Of a stretch of DNA of 64,000 bases, positions 1 to 13,460 are shown piece after piece; the first letter of the stretch is position 1, and each line of letters opens with the position of its first letter. The stretch is taken from assembly GCA_965112735.1 (NCBI GenBank), contig OZ218953.1:2852001-2916000 (forward strand), given 5' to 3'. Position numbers and translations under genes: made by a program. This DNA comes from Phaeosaccion multiseriatum. Lineage: Eukaryota; Protista; Ochrophyta, other classes. Under the pieces are notes generated by a model. The model did not search any database. It saw only the letters and a list, made by a program, of their open reading frames with translations, and was not told where the DNA came from.

Positions 1-460
1 CTCATGAGCAACGGGTTTGCCGCCGAACTCACTCCCATGACTCGGCTCTTTCTGTCGTTGGGCATGACCGACGAGCACGTCAAGACGATCCACTTTGTCT
101 CTCCAAGGTCTACTCTGCACCTCCTCAGTACCAGCGCCTCTGCTGCAGCGGCGGCGGCAGCGGGGGAAGGAGGGGTGGGGGGAGGGGGGGAAGACAACGT
201 GTTGCAGGCACCAAGGAGACCTATGACGGAGCAGGAGACGGCACTGCTGGAGTTGCAAGGGAGACAGGTGAGAGGGAGAGGGGCGAGAGAGAGGGCGAGT
301 CGGGGGAGGGGAAGGGCGGGGTGAGAGAGGGACGGGCGAGAGAGGGGTGAGGGTGAGGGAGGGGCGAGAGAGGGTGAGAGAGCCTCTCGGGTTCCGCTTC
401 CACATTGTACCTACGCATATGCACCCACGCATAAGCACCTCACGCACGCACGCACGCACC

Positions 461-492
<32 letters not shown>

Positions 493-3363
493 CCCACAGG
501 ACGTGAATGTAGGCGTGCTGAGCTTCAATCGGGCCCACGATTGGATCCTCGACGAAGAGCAGCGCCTGCCCGAGAGGCTCACGGTGTCTGCAGAGCCCGG
601 AGAGGAGGGCAAGCAGCTGCTGTTGGTACGTACGCGTGCTAGTTCGTGGCACCGGGTCTGTCTGTCTGTCTGTCTGTCTGTCTTTCTGTTGCCTCTCGAG
701 CTGTTTGTGAGTGGATCATGGCTGGGTCAGTGACTTTTGAGTTAGCCTGGCCGTACTACTACTTGGTGTCCAGCACCTTGTCATGCACAATGTCAATCAT
801 GATGTTTAAGTCAGAGACCCCGGGGTACAAGCCGTATTTTGCATTTGCATGACGATGAGACACTGAGTCAGCATGAACTGATCTGTTCTGTGATGTGACT
901 CGCCTCATCTCTCCGCAGCAGAAGGGGGGAGGGGGGGGGGTCGCGAGCGATTCTCTGGTGGCCGTGTCAGCCATGTCGGCAGAAGGGGGCTACTCTCAAG
1001 AGGAGCGTGTGTGCGTGCGCTACATGGGGGAGGCAGGCTCCGGGGCCGTTCAGCGCACTGATTGGTTTAAGAACAGGGTGAGTCAACGGTGTTTGCTCCC
1101 CCCCTCCTCCTCCCCTCCCCTCCTTTTTCTCGGTGATGAATCCTTCAAAACATCTCTGCCCCTCACGCATCTTCCCCTCCTCTTCCTCCCTCTTCGGTTT
1201 GGCAGGGTGACCTTGCTAGTCTGAAGCGGACCCTCCACAGCATGTGTCCCATCATCGACATCCCCGACTTCAATGGAGAGAGGACCCCTCGCCCTGTCAA
1301 GAATGTGCTGATTTACAACCGGGTGAGTGGGAGAGAGGGGAGGGGAGGGCGAGAGAGAGAACAGAGAATCATTCACCCCCACCCCAGGGAGGGTGCCCAT
1401 CATGCCCATCAAGTGATTTTTATCTTAGCCCTAGAGCCTCGAGAGCGTCGATCGATCGCGACCGCTGCACTTGACACCAGCGGCCATCTTTCTCCGCTCA
1501 TTTCTCTCTCAGTCCACTGCAATCCTCCCCCCCTTCCCCTCTCCTGTCCCGCCCTGCCCTTCTCTCTCCCTCTCTCTCTCTCCGTCTCCCTTCTCGCTCT
1601 GTCCTTTGCCTTCCCCTCCTCCTCCTCCTCCTCCTCCTCCTCCTCCTCCTCCTCCTCCTCCTCACAGGACAAGTCTCGGATGCTTCTCAACGCTGACGAG
1701 CTGAAAGCGGAGCTGCAGTACCGCCTCTCCCGGGGGGCAGGGGGCAGCTTCGACTGGGAAGTAGAAATCATGACGCACAGCAACGACAGGTGCAATACGA
1801 CTTTTCTGTCCTTCTCCCTTCCTCCCCACCTACTTACCTGCCTACCCACCTTCCTCCGTCTTCCTACCTACCTACTTACCTACTTGCCTGCCTACCCAGC
1901 TACCTTCCTGCCTACTTCCTCCCTACCCTACTTACCCGCCTACCTACCTACCTTCCTACCTACCTACCTACCTGCGTACCTACCTGCCTACCTACCCATG
2001 TTCTCACATCCATCCGTTGCCATCCCCCCCCATCCCCCCCCCGTCCCACAGACACCCGTGTGATTTGGTGCAGCGGCTCGATAAAGTCGACCTTCTCATC
2101 ACACCGCACGGTTTCCAGAGCATGCTCATCCTCTTCCTCAGGCCCAATACCATCCTCTTCGAGCTCTATCCTTACAAGTACTACAAGTTGGGGTACAAGG
2201 CCCTCGCCCCGGTCACCCAAGTGCACTATGAGTACGGCTTGTCGGCCCCGCAGGACGTGGGGCGGTCGGTGTTGCTGCGTTGGGTCTCCACGGAGACTTG
2301 CATGGAGTGGTATCTGTGTCGCTTCTACGCACGGGGGGACAATGTACGCATTGCACCGGACGATGTGGATAGAGTGGTGCAGCTCGCAAGCAGCAATGTG
2401 AGTGAAGATGGGTTGGGTTGGGTGTGGTTGGGTTGAGGTGGTTTGGTTAGGTTTGGTTGCGTTGTGTTGATTGAACGGTTCGTGGAAACAAGACTACTTA
2501 GATGGGTGCTCATGGGGAAGGAAGTGTATTTTTTGTTTACGCCCCTTGACCCCTCTTACCTATATCTATGTTCCTTCCTTCCTTCCTTCCTTCCTTTCTT
2601 CCTTCCTTCCTTCCTTCCTTCCATCCTTCCTTCCCCTTCTCCCCTTTTTATCGTCCACTCTCCTTCTTCCATCCCCTTCCTCACCCCCCCACCGCCATCT
2701 CTCTCTGTCGCTCCCCCGTCCCACTCCACTCCACCTCCTGCTACATCCATCCCCTGCTGCATCCATCCCCTGCTACATCCATCCCCTGCTGCATCCATCC
2801 CCTGCTGCATCCATCCCCTGCTACATCCATCCCCTGCTACATCCATCCCCTGCTACATCCATCCCCTGCTACATCCATCCCCTGCTGCATCCATCCCCTG
2901 CTACATCCATCCCCTGCTACATCCATCCCCTGCTACATCCATCCCCTGCTACATCCATCCCCTGCTACATCCATCCCCTGCTACATCCATCCCCTGCTGC
3001 ATCCATCCCCTGCTACATCCATCCCCTGCTACATCCATCCCCTGCTACATCCATCCCCTGCTACATCCATCCCCTGCTGCATCCATCCCCTGCTACATCC
3101 ATCCCCTGCTGCATCCATCCCCTGCTACATCCATCCCCTGCTACATCCATCCCCTGCTGCATCCATCCCCTGCTACATCCATCCCCTGCTACATCCACCT
3201 CCTGCTACATCCATCCCCTGCTACATCCATCCCCTGCTGCATCCATCCCCTGCTACATCCATCCCCTGCTGCATCCCACCTCAACCTACCTACGCTCTCC
3301 GCCTCATTTGGCACTGCTTTTTTATCACAGACGTTTGAACCCTCAGATCCGCCAGTCCCGTGA
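1..3363 (+). CDS. Glycosyltransferase family 61 (DUF563)-like protein, 5' end outside window; exons <1-267, 500-625, 919-1077, 1206-1322, 1668-1789, 2052-2397, 3331-3363
   Basis: Phase-consistent GT-AG splicing gives ...KNVLIYNR|DKSRMLLNADELKAEL...DLVQRLDKVDLLITPHGFQSMLILFLRPNTILFELYPY. This matches the GT61 C-terminal pattern (R-x-x-x-N...D-x-x-x-x-PHG...F...E-x-x-P). Confidence 0.75.
2738..3277. repeat. 17-bp minisatellite (CTGCTRCATCCATCCCC), about 32 copies, intronic
   Basis: Directly visible tandem array with an A/G variant position; lies inside intron 2398-3330. Confidence 0.95.
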
Positions 3364-4385
3364 AGAGAGGCAGAGTGATGTACTTGATCGATCTGACTCG
3401 GCGACCAACACGCGAGGAAGATGGATGGGGGCCGTCCAAACCGTGTGTTCAAGCAAGAAGAATAAGGAAGGAGGAGGCGCGTATATACCGGAACAAAGGA
3501 GAGCTGGCGAGAGGCTTAAGCGAAGTAGAGAAGGTGATGGAAGACTGGTCTGCGTCACACACCTGGGCAGGGGATGGGAGGGGATGGGAGGGGAGGGGAG
3601 GGGAGGACTGTGACGATAATATCAGCGCCTCGCCTCTGGCAGCTCCTTCCTCCCCTTCCTGCCTCTCGCTGGTCTGTGCCTATCCTATCCCCCTGACTCG
3701 GCTTGACTCGGCCATGTACGGCACGTATGGGAGGGCACGGTGGCGAGGACGAGAAAGTGAAGGGACAAAGGCGAAGCAGCAGTAGTGGCGCTGCCATGTT
3801 CGCCCCCCCCCCCCCCCCGGTGTTTTCTCTGGCCTCGTCAAAGCAAGAAGGCTCATGTCTCCACAGAGGCGACGTGCGGCAAGAAGCCAAAAAGAAGAAA
3901 GAAGCCACAGAAAGAAGAAGCCAGTTGGCCGGCCTTCCCCAGGGGCCAGAGCCAGAAAGCATTGGGAGGCGTTAGCGGAGAAGCCTGCAAGCGGGACGAC
4001 GAGGTGGATGGCTCGGTTGCTCCCTCCCAGTGGTGCCTTGTGCCGTCATGAGAAGTGCGGTGTAGCAGCCTTGCTGTCACACATTGACGGATCGATCGAT
4101 CGGACGTGGGGAAGAGGGAGGGAGGGAGAGAGGGAAGCCTGTGCGTCCGTGCGTGCGTGCGTGCGTCATAGAGTAACTGGCGACTCGGCAGGTCCCGACA
4201 CCAGCTATTCCCATCCCCAGGGGTGCTTTTGTGTGTTTGTACTCCCTTCCGACCCATCCCGGGTGTGGCAGAGAGCAAAGGTGACAACAGCTAAGATATA
4301 AACAACATACATCGATTTGAAGGGAGGGTAAACTATAAATCACTTCCCGAAGTTTCCTTCTTCGCTGCATGCCCAGCAGCTCCTC

Positions 4386-7300
4386 CTATTGGTGTGGTGG
4401 TGGTGTGGTTGTTCTTGCCGTTGGTGGTGGTGGTGGTGGTGGTGGTGATGCTCGATCCGGCCCTGGTGGTGGGGTCTCGCTTCTCACCGTCCCTACGCCC
4501 CCAGCTGTTGCTGTTGCTGTTGCTGTTGCTGCTACTGCTGCTGCTGCGGCCGCCCCCCCTCCGGAAACTACATCTGCGCTCCCACCGCTGCTACCACCGC
4601 TGCCATCAGCATCGCTGTCCTCCCCTGCCGCCGCCGCGAAGGGGTGTTGCACAACGTCCCGCATGAGGGCAGGAGGGATGTGCGGCAGCAGAGAGAAGGC
4701 AGCAGACACCAGCAGCTCGGCGTCTACCTCCGGCAGGTTGCGCACATTGAGGAAGCGGTGCGGCCGAGAGTCAGACAGAAGCTTATCGCGCAGGAGTATG
4801 AGCTGTGCCACAACGATGAGGAGCTGCAGGGAGGGAGGGAAGGGGGAAGAGGAAGGGAGGGGAGGGAAGAGGGAAGAGGGAAAAGGGACAAGAGCAGAGG
4901 AGGGGACGGGAGGAGAGAGAGGAGAGGAGAGGAGAGGAGAGGAGAGGAGAGGAGCAAGAGGAGAGAGGACAGAAAGACAAGAGACGACGGCAGCGAGCAG
5001 AGGGATGGGAGAGACCGGGGGTCTGTGGTCAGAGGGGTGGCAGAGTAGGGCCGAGATGCGTCACAATAGTCAAGTCGAGTGGTGGTGCTGGGGTAACTGG
5101 GGGAGGTACGGACCCAAGCAAATGAAACGCGTTCTTCCATCCCCCCACATGTACATGTACCTACCTCTAGGTGCACTCCGAAGGCGAAGAGAGCGTCCCA
5201 CAGCTTGAGCACCTCCCCGAGTGGAGGACAGCAGGCGTGCAGGCTGATGATGAGGGGCATGGCGTACATCTTGGAGCAGATGGGCCGCTGGCTGAACAGT
5301 TGGCGGTACAGCTGCGGGTCCAGCACCTGTTTGCAGAGCAGAAGGTTTAGGTTAGGTTAGGGTAGGGTAGGGTATGGTAAGTAGACAGGTCAGATGAAGG
5401 GAGAGGGAGAGGGAGAGAGGGCGGAGTAGTGGTGGTGGCGGGCGTAGAGGGAGGAGAGTTGGAGAAGGGTCTGAACAGGGGGGGAAAGCATCGGAAGATC
5501 TGATGGACACACACACACACACGCACACACACACACACGCACACACACACACACAATATACTCGTTGAGGACACAAGAGCCACAAGAGTCACACATGAAA
5601 TGAGCCTACCTGACTACCCCAAGCAAGTAACGAATGACAACGAGTGAGTGAGGAATATGGGAATACAACATGAGCCCTACCCCTACCCTACCCTACCCCT
5701 ACCCTACCCTACCCTACCCTACCCCTACCCCTACCCTACCCTACCCTACCTGAAGCAATCTATCGACGAGGTCGCAGCCGGCGTGGACTCCGTAGATGCT
5801 GGCATTGACGTATCTAGGGATGTGCCGGGTGAGGAAGGCGTTGAAGCAGAAGAAGGCGTCCACCTCTGGCATCACAAACAGGATGGGCCCACACAATATT
5901 GACATGGCTGGTAGGAAACAGGAGGATGGGGGACGGGAGGGAGGAGCAAATTGGGCGGGGGGGCGGCGTTGGAGAAGGTGCCAAGCGAAGAGGGCGGAAG
6001 GCACGACAGGTGAGTGGAGTGGTGAGTGCGGAGGGAGAAAGCACGTACGCTCATAGAGACACCACACACGCCCCCGCACACTCGCTGGAGAGTCTGCAGA
6101 GCTGCCTCGTTCGAAAGTCTCCAAACAAAGCTCGATCCCACACGCACGCACACGCACGCACACGCACGCACACACGCACTCACCTTGCACGTAGCCCTCC
6201 CAGTCACCCTCTTTGTCCTTGCCCCTTCCCTCGATCGTCTCGTGCCCCTCTTCCCTCCCCCCCCCCCCTCCTCCTCCTCCTTCTCCTCCAATCCCTGACA
6301 CCCCCAGCTTGAAGTTGCCTTCTTTCTCCCTCTTCCGCTCCTCCCTCCTCCCCGCCTTTATCGGTGATTGCGAGGATGCCTTCGTCCTGTCCGACCTTGA
6401 TAGCACTTCGCCGTCCCCTGCTGCTGGTGCACCCGTTTCAGCTACAGCTGCATGATCAGGCAAACGTAACGCCGCCGGCGGAGAAGCATAGCGGGTAGCA
6501 CCGCTCACTGCCTTCTCCGACGACGCGTCAGTCGCCTTCCGCCGAGTGTGGCCTCCTCCTACTCTCCTCCTTGCTCCTCCCCCTTCTTCCTGCCCCTCCC
6601 CCGGCCTCCCCTCTTCTCTACTACCACCTTCCAATCTGCTTTGCTGTACACTGTCCCCTGCCACGTCTCCTCCTCCTCCTCCTCCCCCTCCTCCTCTCCC
6701 CCCCCCCCCCCCTTTCAGGCCGGCGTCAGGAACTGGGAAGTTGAGCCTGACGAAAGCGTTATTGAGTCGTATCATCTCCTCCTCAGGCACCTTCTTCCGA
6801 AACGCCACAGCCCCCTACGGTTGTGTCGAGTAAGTCAAGGAATTGGTTGTGAGTCGAAGGGTGAGAGAGGATAAGTAGTGGCGTTCAGACAGCTGAAACG
6901 GGCTCTTTGCCCGCACACACACACGCACCCACACACACAGACACACATACACACACACACGCACACACATCCACCCACCTGGAAGGTTCGGAAGGTATCG
7001 TTCCTGATCTTGGGGTCGAGGATGCTCGCTCCTTGCTCCACCAGGCGCACGTACAACATAGCGTCGATGTGCATCACTCCGAGCAGGCGCTGGGCAAGAG
7101 GGAGGGCAGGAGGGGGAAGTATTAGGGGGGGGGGGGGGATGACCGCGTCAGGGAGTTGATTGTAATGGGACGGGTGAGAGAGAGGTGGAAAGGTTCGAGG
7201 AGCAAGAAGGCTTAAGCAAGGAAAAGAATAGGAGAGCGCCATCCCGCCCTTCAGCGAGATGTCGCTGAAAAGGACTTGGGTTCATGCCCCCATCTTGCTT

Positions 7301-8356
7301 TCGAAGCAGCTGAGGCACTTGTGCCTGCCCTGCCCATCAGCCTGCCCTCACCTTCCACACCAAGCCGCGGAGGGAGCACTCCTCCCCTTCTCCCCTTCCC
7401 CCCGCACCCTCTGCCTCCGTGGCCGTGGGTAGGCCCTTGACGAGCACCAGTCTTCGCAGGTCTTTCAAGCTCTGTCTCCAGTTCCCAGCCCCCCCAGCCG
7501 CCGCCCCGTTGCCCCTCATTGGTTTGTGGCCGACGCCTCCTCCTGTCTTCCTCCGGGGGCTTGAGCTACTGAAGGGAGCGCTAATCCCGCCCGCCCCCGC
7601 GCCCGCCCCGGCCCTTCTCTTCACTCCTGCGGAAGCGGCTCCCAAGGGGCTGCTGCTACCGCTGCTCCTGCCCCTCTGCGGACTGGTGCTGTTGCTGCCT
7701 CCACTACTCGCGCCATGCAGCAACGCCTGTGGGTACGTGTGGATTGAGGCAATGGAGCGAGGGTCATGGTGAATCGATACTCCAAGTGGCGAGGTGCTTA
7801 AGAGACGAAGCGACCAAGAAGATAGCAACAACCAACCATTTTTTTCCTCTTCCTCGTCCTCCCCCCTTACCTGGTACTCTGCCCGGAGAGCCTTGTTGGC
7901 CTCACTCCTCTGCTTTACAAGCCGCCTCAACTCCATGCGGTTGCCCTTCAGCTTTGCCATCTGCTCCTCTTCTCTCCGCCTCTTGGTCTGGCAGTATGGG
8001 GGAGCAAAGTAAAGCAGGAGGAGCATAGTGGTAGGGGCAGAGCGGGATGGGGGAAACGCGGAGAAGGGTGTCATTCGTAGAGAGGGAAGGATACTGTCCG
8101 CGCTTTCCCCCTCAATAAGCCTTTCCTGATTCCCCTCCTCTCTACAGCCGTCTCCAATGCCTGCTGCTCTCACCTGCAGCAGCTGATGCACCTTCGCTAC
8201 GTCCACGATGGCCTGTCCTGGCGCTGCTGTTGGTGGCGCTGCTGCTGCTCCCGCCGTCGCCACAGCCTCCGCTGGGGCGGGAGGGGGCGACAACGAAGAA
8301 GCGCCACGAGGAGGGGAGGCCAGGCCATTGGCAGAGGGGAGGACGGGGTCCATCAT
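4386..8356 (-). CDS. BUB2: Bub2/Cdc16-like TBC-domain GTPase-activating protein; exons 8356-8174, 7987-7871, 7726-7352, 7089-6979, 6814-6184, 5907-5750, 5326-5165, 4823-4386
   Basis: Spliced product has LRGLVWK, IRNDTFRTF (Arg finger), GYVQAMSILCGP (Gln finger), GVHAGCDLVD...DPQLY, ACCPPLGEVLKLWDALFAFGVHL and VAQLILLR, all Bub2/Cdc16 hallmarks. All junctions are phase-compatible. Confidence 0.88.
5675..5749. repeat. (ACCCT)n pentanucleotide microsatellite in a Bub2 intron
   Basis: Visible ccctaccctacc... array. Confidence 0.85.
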
Positions 8357-8664
8357 CCTAAGGAGGGCCCTCCCCCTCTCCAGCGGAGCTCGCAGAAATT
8401 AAGCCTGTTTTCTCTTCCGCTCGCTGTGGCGGCGTGATGAGAGTCAAAGAAGGAGCACAGGGGCGTAGGAGATCAGTCTCCCAGCTCCTCGTCCAAAGCC
8501 TCGGTAAATAAATATAACCAAACGACGACCGAAGGGGAAGAGGGAAGGAAGGGTGAGAGGAAAGATGGCAGCCGATGGATGGCCAATCACGCTGTTTGGG
8601 ATGGGCAGTTGAAAACAATTTTGGCCTTTCATGTCGGAGCTTCCTCTCTCCTACGGCGCTACTG

Positions 8665-11600
8665 ATGGCCGAACGTGGGATCTTCCTCTTGTGTCTGTCA
8701 GCGTTCGTCTGGCTCGGCTTGATCACGCTCAAGGACATGGATGGGAATGGGACGGACCAGAACACACATAAAATGGAGCTTCTGGCGAAGCCCCGCCTCG
8801 CCGTGCTTGACTGTAGCACCATCACGCAGGGGCCACGGAGAGCAGTGCCGGGGGGGGTCACGGAGCTGCGCAGCATCCGCAACATCGCCTACTGGCAAAT
8901 CAATCCCATCGATGATGCCAACTACCTGTACAACTCTCTGCCTCCCGTGGTAAGTGCCGGCCAAATTTTTGAAGTGGCTCTGCTCCGATGAGGGCGTTCC
9001 TGGACCCCGTTTCCCCCCCATCCTCTGGGGCCTCTGAGATCGAGAAGCAATGCCTCACCTGATCAGCTATGGAGTGCTAAACCCTCCTCCCCTGTGTGTC
9101 TACTCACATCACGTTTACTCAAACGTGAGCAGGGCGAAGGGGCCAAGTATGTTACCTTCCTCCCCGGAAGGGCGGGCTGGAATAACGTCAGGTGAGCATG
9201 AGGGGAGACCGCCGAGGGAGGGCAAAGGGTTCAGCGCATTTCCCCCTCGTCCCCTTCCCTCTGTAACGGCTTCAACATGTACTTACTTGCTTCCTCACCC
9301 CCCCCCGCTATCAGGATGGGCTTCGAAACGATCTTACTATTCGCCCTCATGACCAGGCGAAGCTTGGTCTTGCCCTCCACTGTCACACTCGCCCACCAGG
9401 AGGGAGAGAACAAAGGGAGAGGAGGACCCGTCTCCACACCCTTCGAGAGCCTCTTGACTGTGGCGAACATGGGCCGACACATCGAGCTACTTTCGGAACA
9501 ACAGTTACGGTCTCTCTTCTTCAACACATGAATGCCCCAAAAGCCTTTGTCGTGTCCTTTGCCTCGCGTGAGCCTGCGATGCCTATGCGCTCGTCCGTCC
9601 CTCGCAAGCCCTCTTGTACTTGTACTGATCATCGGAACGCTCTGCAACTTAGCACCACGAGCACTGCTCTCTTCTTCTCGTCTCACCTTCTTCTCTTCCA
9701 CCCACTTCTCCTCCTGCTGCTGCCGCTGCTGCTACTGCTGATGTGCGCGTATCGAATCAGGTTTGTGGCCAGTCTGTGGGGCGACGAGCGTGTCCGCGCC
9801 GCTCTCGGTGCCCACCTCCTCTCCCCTGCCCAGGTGTGGACCAAGCGCGGGCAGGTGAGAGGCAACGAGAGGCTCTATGGGAGCTTGCTTCGAAGCCAAT
9901 TTTGAGGCTTGGGGACTGCGCGTTTCCCCCCCGCCTGGCCTGACCCTACCCTGGCTGTGAGCCAGCGAGAGCTTCGAAGGAAGCGACTTGGGATACTGTG
10001 ACTGTGGCCGCACTCTCCTTTTCATCGCCCTGATCCGCCTTTTTCCGCATCCTCCACCACTGAGACTTCAGATGGAGCGTTGGGCTTCATGGAGTTTTGC
10101 TCACAGCGTTGGAGCCGCCTTCCCTCTACGTTACCCCCCTCCCCTCTACCTCACCTCCCTAACCTCCTCATCATCCACCTGCTCCTGCTCCTGCTCCTCC
10201 TCCTCCTCCTCCTCCTCCTCCTGCTCCTCCTGCTCCTCCTCCTCCTCCTCCTTCTCCTCCTCCTCCTCCTCCTCCTCCTCCTCCTCCTCCTCCTCCTCCT
10301 CCTCCTCCTCCTCCTCCTCCTCCTCCTCCTCCTCCTCCTCCTCCTCCTCCTCCTCCTCCTCCTCCTCCTCCTCCTCCTCCTCCTCCTTCTCCTTCGCCTG
10401 CTCCTCCTCCTCCACCTCGTCGTCGTCGTCACTCCTCCTGCTCGTCCTTCTCACATCATCTTCAGCGGCAACTGCCCGATCTGTACCGCAAGCTCGCGCA
10501 AAGTGTTGGCGGCGCCGATGGAAACGGCATACCCAATTTCTCCCCGTTCAAGTTCGCATTCGTCTTTCCTTCGCCGGAGGGCGGCAGTCAGCGAGAGGAG
10601 GAGGAGGGAGTGGAGGAGGGGAAGAAAGGGAGGGAGGAGGGAGTGGAGGAGGAGGAGCGATCTAGCGAACGGTAAGACGTATAGTATATAGTCATGACTG
10701 TGTCCTTCTACTGGGCCCCTCTACATCTCGCTCTCTCTCTTGGCTGCCCAACTCACAGCCTGTATACCTCTATACCCGTACGCCTGTATATGCACATGTA
10801 TCCACGACCCCCCTGCACTCTACCCTCTGTCTTTCAAGCTCCGACCTCTCTACCCTCTGACTTCCTAGCTCCAAGCTCTCTCTGTCTCCATCGACTTGTA
10901 CTTACATATAAACACCTGTCCCCCCCCCCCTCTTCGACTATGTGCCCACACATGTGTGGGGTGGCAGTATCCACTTATTTTTGGCGGGGCGCAAAGCGGC
11001 GGTGTACACCCCGTTGATGCAGCGGTCCTTCTCCATCCATTTTGAAAACTCGAACCTCGGGGCGCGGCTCTTCACCCACCCTTACACCTACATCACGAGC
11101 GAGAGCCAAGCGGTGACCAACTACTGGCACAGGAGGATGAGAGGTCCGACACCCTGACACCTTGTACCATCGTACGACGCTCTGCCTCATGCCCTTCTTG
11201 CTCTTCACCTGCCTAACGTACTCCCTCCACCCTCCCTCTTCCCCTCCTCTCTCTGCCTCAATGCCCTCCTCGCTCCTCAATCGGATCTGTACCGACACCC
11301 TTCAATACCTGGGCCGCACTTCCCGTGTTCGTGCGTGCGTGCGTGCGTACGTGTGTGTGTGCCTTTCGTGTGTGGGTGTGTGTGCGCGTTTTGTAGACTT
11401 ACTACACTTTCGCGACGAGGTGTTCTGCAAGGCCGCTCAGGTGAGATTGAGCAGCAGCGGTGGGGTCAGTGAGGAGGCCTGAGTGACCTTGATACCTCCT
11501 CTTGCTCTGTTGTCGCTCAGCTTGACATGTTTTCAAAATTTACTAAGCGTATGTCTGCCGGCCGGCCTGGCTGGCTGCCTGCCTGCCTGCCTGCCTGTCT

Positions 11601-11902
11601 GCCCCTCCTCCTGTCCCCTCTGGGACTTTACTCTTGCAGGTCATATCGCTGCTGGAAGAGGACTCGGGAGGCGGGAGGGACTCCTTCGCGGCGTTTCACA
11701 TCCGACGCGGGGACTTCGCACAGGCCTTCAGAGGCACCGTCAAACCCGCAGACGCCATGCTGCGAGTGCTGGAGGTGAGCAAGATGATGCGGTCATGGTC
11801 ATGGTCGTGATAGTGATAAGGATGATGATGCTCATGAGGATGCGGATGATGGTGATGATGATGGTGGTGATGATGGCGATGATGATGATGATGATGATGA
11901 TA

Positions 11903-11963
<61 letters not shown>

Positions 11964-12406
11964 CGCGTGTGGGACTGGCTCCCCTTATCCATACGATGTG
12001 CTTGCTATAGCACCCGCTTTCCTCTTTCTCTCTCCCCCTCTCCCCCCTCCCTCTTTTGCCGTCTCTCTTATCTATCGATCTTTCTTTTTTCTGTCTCTCT
12101 CTATCTGTCTCCCTGTCTCTCTGTCTATCTGTCAATCATGTCTCTTTGCCTCTCTCTCGCACCCTCCATCTCCTTCTTTGCACGCGTGTGGCCTCACCCC
12201 AGAGCATGCCCGTCGGCCTTGGACGCAATGAAACTGTCATGATCCTAACCAATGAAGGCGATTCCTCCTTCTTCGACCCTTTTCGCAGCCGCTTCAATGT
12301 GAGATCCTATGCCAGTATATCGAGACCAAAAACTCTTCGTTTCGCTACAATATTTTCCGCTGCGATGGGAGCCCGAGGGCCTCTCTCTCTCTCTCTCTCC
12401 CTCTCC

Positions 12407-12501
<95 letters not shown>

Positions 12502-13030
12502 ACCTGCTGTGTCCTTTCCACAACAGCACATGTACCCCATTCCGTCTTACCCTGTGATGACGCCTCCCCCGTCCTCATTGTCCACCTCCCTCCCTCCCCC
12601 TTCCCACCCTGACTGCGCTGCTGTGGGACTGTGGTGCTGTGACAGATCCGCTTCTTGTCGGACTACTTTGAAGCTGCAGGGGTGTCTGAGTTAGCCTCGC
12701 CTCTCTGGCCCCTTGTGGAGAGCGTCATCGCCGCCAATGCCAAGGTACGACAGGCCGTTATTCTCTGCCAGGGAGGGAGGGAGAGAGGGAGGAAGGAAGG
12801 AAGGAAGGAAGGAAGGAAGGAAGGAAGGAAGGAAGCGAGGAAGAAAGACCGCAAAGCAAAGTAAGTAAAATTCCGCCCTTGCTCCCGCTGGGCTGTTGCT
12901 GTTTCCCTGTCCGTCCCCAGACCTTCGTAGGCACGCCCTTCAGCACATTCACGTCATACATCAATCGCCTCCGAGGCTACTACAAAAAGCCTCGAGACTC
13001 CAGCTGGTGCGTGAGAATGGACTGACTCGG

Positions 13031-13112
<82 letters not shown>

Positions 13113-13460
13113 CCTTGCTTCTTGCGGTAGGGGTCTTCTGTCTCGGTGTTTGCACTCGATTGGGTTCTGCATTGGTGGGCCTTCTTTAGTCTATGAAACC
13201 CACTCATCCTGCCGTGCCTACTACCCTACCCGCCTGTGACACAAAAACATACATACACACACACAAACACACACACACGCACATACATACACACACATAC
13301 TCAAAATCGTAGGCTATTCGACGCCGAGCGCAGCCGCAAGCAGCAAAGCGACTTCTGGCCACGCAACCCCATGTGGGCTTCGGAGTTCCCCATGGCGTGG
13401 GAGGGCATCGACGTGGAGACTCCATTGCCAGCGGCACAAGACTTTGCCTTTGTCAAGTGA
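8665..13460 (+). CDS. GDP-fucose protein O-fucosyltransferase family (O-FucT, GT-B) type II membrane protein, multi-exon
   Basis: N-terminal TM ([16 protein letters not shown]), then AGWNNVR|[47 protein letters not shown]|[20 protein letters not shown] and [13 protein letters not shown]; stop at 13458-13460. Some middle exon borders (9.5-11 kb) are uncertain. Confidence 0.82.
10184..10412. repeat. (CCT)n microsatellite, intronic
   Basis: Long visible trinucleotide run. Confidence 0.9.
11820..11962. repeat. (GAT)n microsatellite, intronic
   Basis: Visible trinucleotide run after the donor at about 11774. Confidence 0.9.
12381..12498. repeat. (CT)n microsatellite, intronic
   Basis: Visible dinucleotide run. 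Confidence 0.9.

Noticed and set aside
646-852. Protein-like ORF (CEWIMAGSVTFELAWPYYYL)
   Set aside because: It falls in intron 626-918, and the flanking exons join in phase without it.
2738-3277. Possible CRISPR-like array
   Set aside because: Head-to-tail tandem units without unique spacers, eukaryotic context and no cas genes.
2443-3613. Three long overlapping ORFs (256-380 aa) with IHPLLHPSPATSIPCY repeats
   Set aside because: They arise from a stop-free 17-bp minisatellite inside a phase-consistent GT61 intron.
3703-4301. Short ORFs between the GT61 and Bub2 3' ends
   Set aside because: No motifs or coherent splice structure; likely UTR or intergenic.
5675-5749. Telomere-like repeat
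   Set aside because: The unit is the pentamer ACCCT inside an intron, not a TTAGGG-type array.
9988-12694. Poly-S/L/E/R/M/H/I and (LS)n/(ER)n ORFs
   Set aside because: Translations of intronic (CCT)n, (GAT)n and (CT)n microsatellites within the O-FucT gene.
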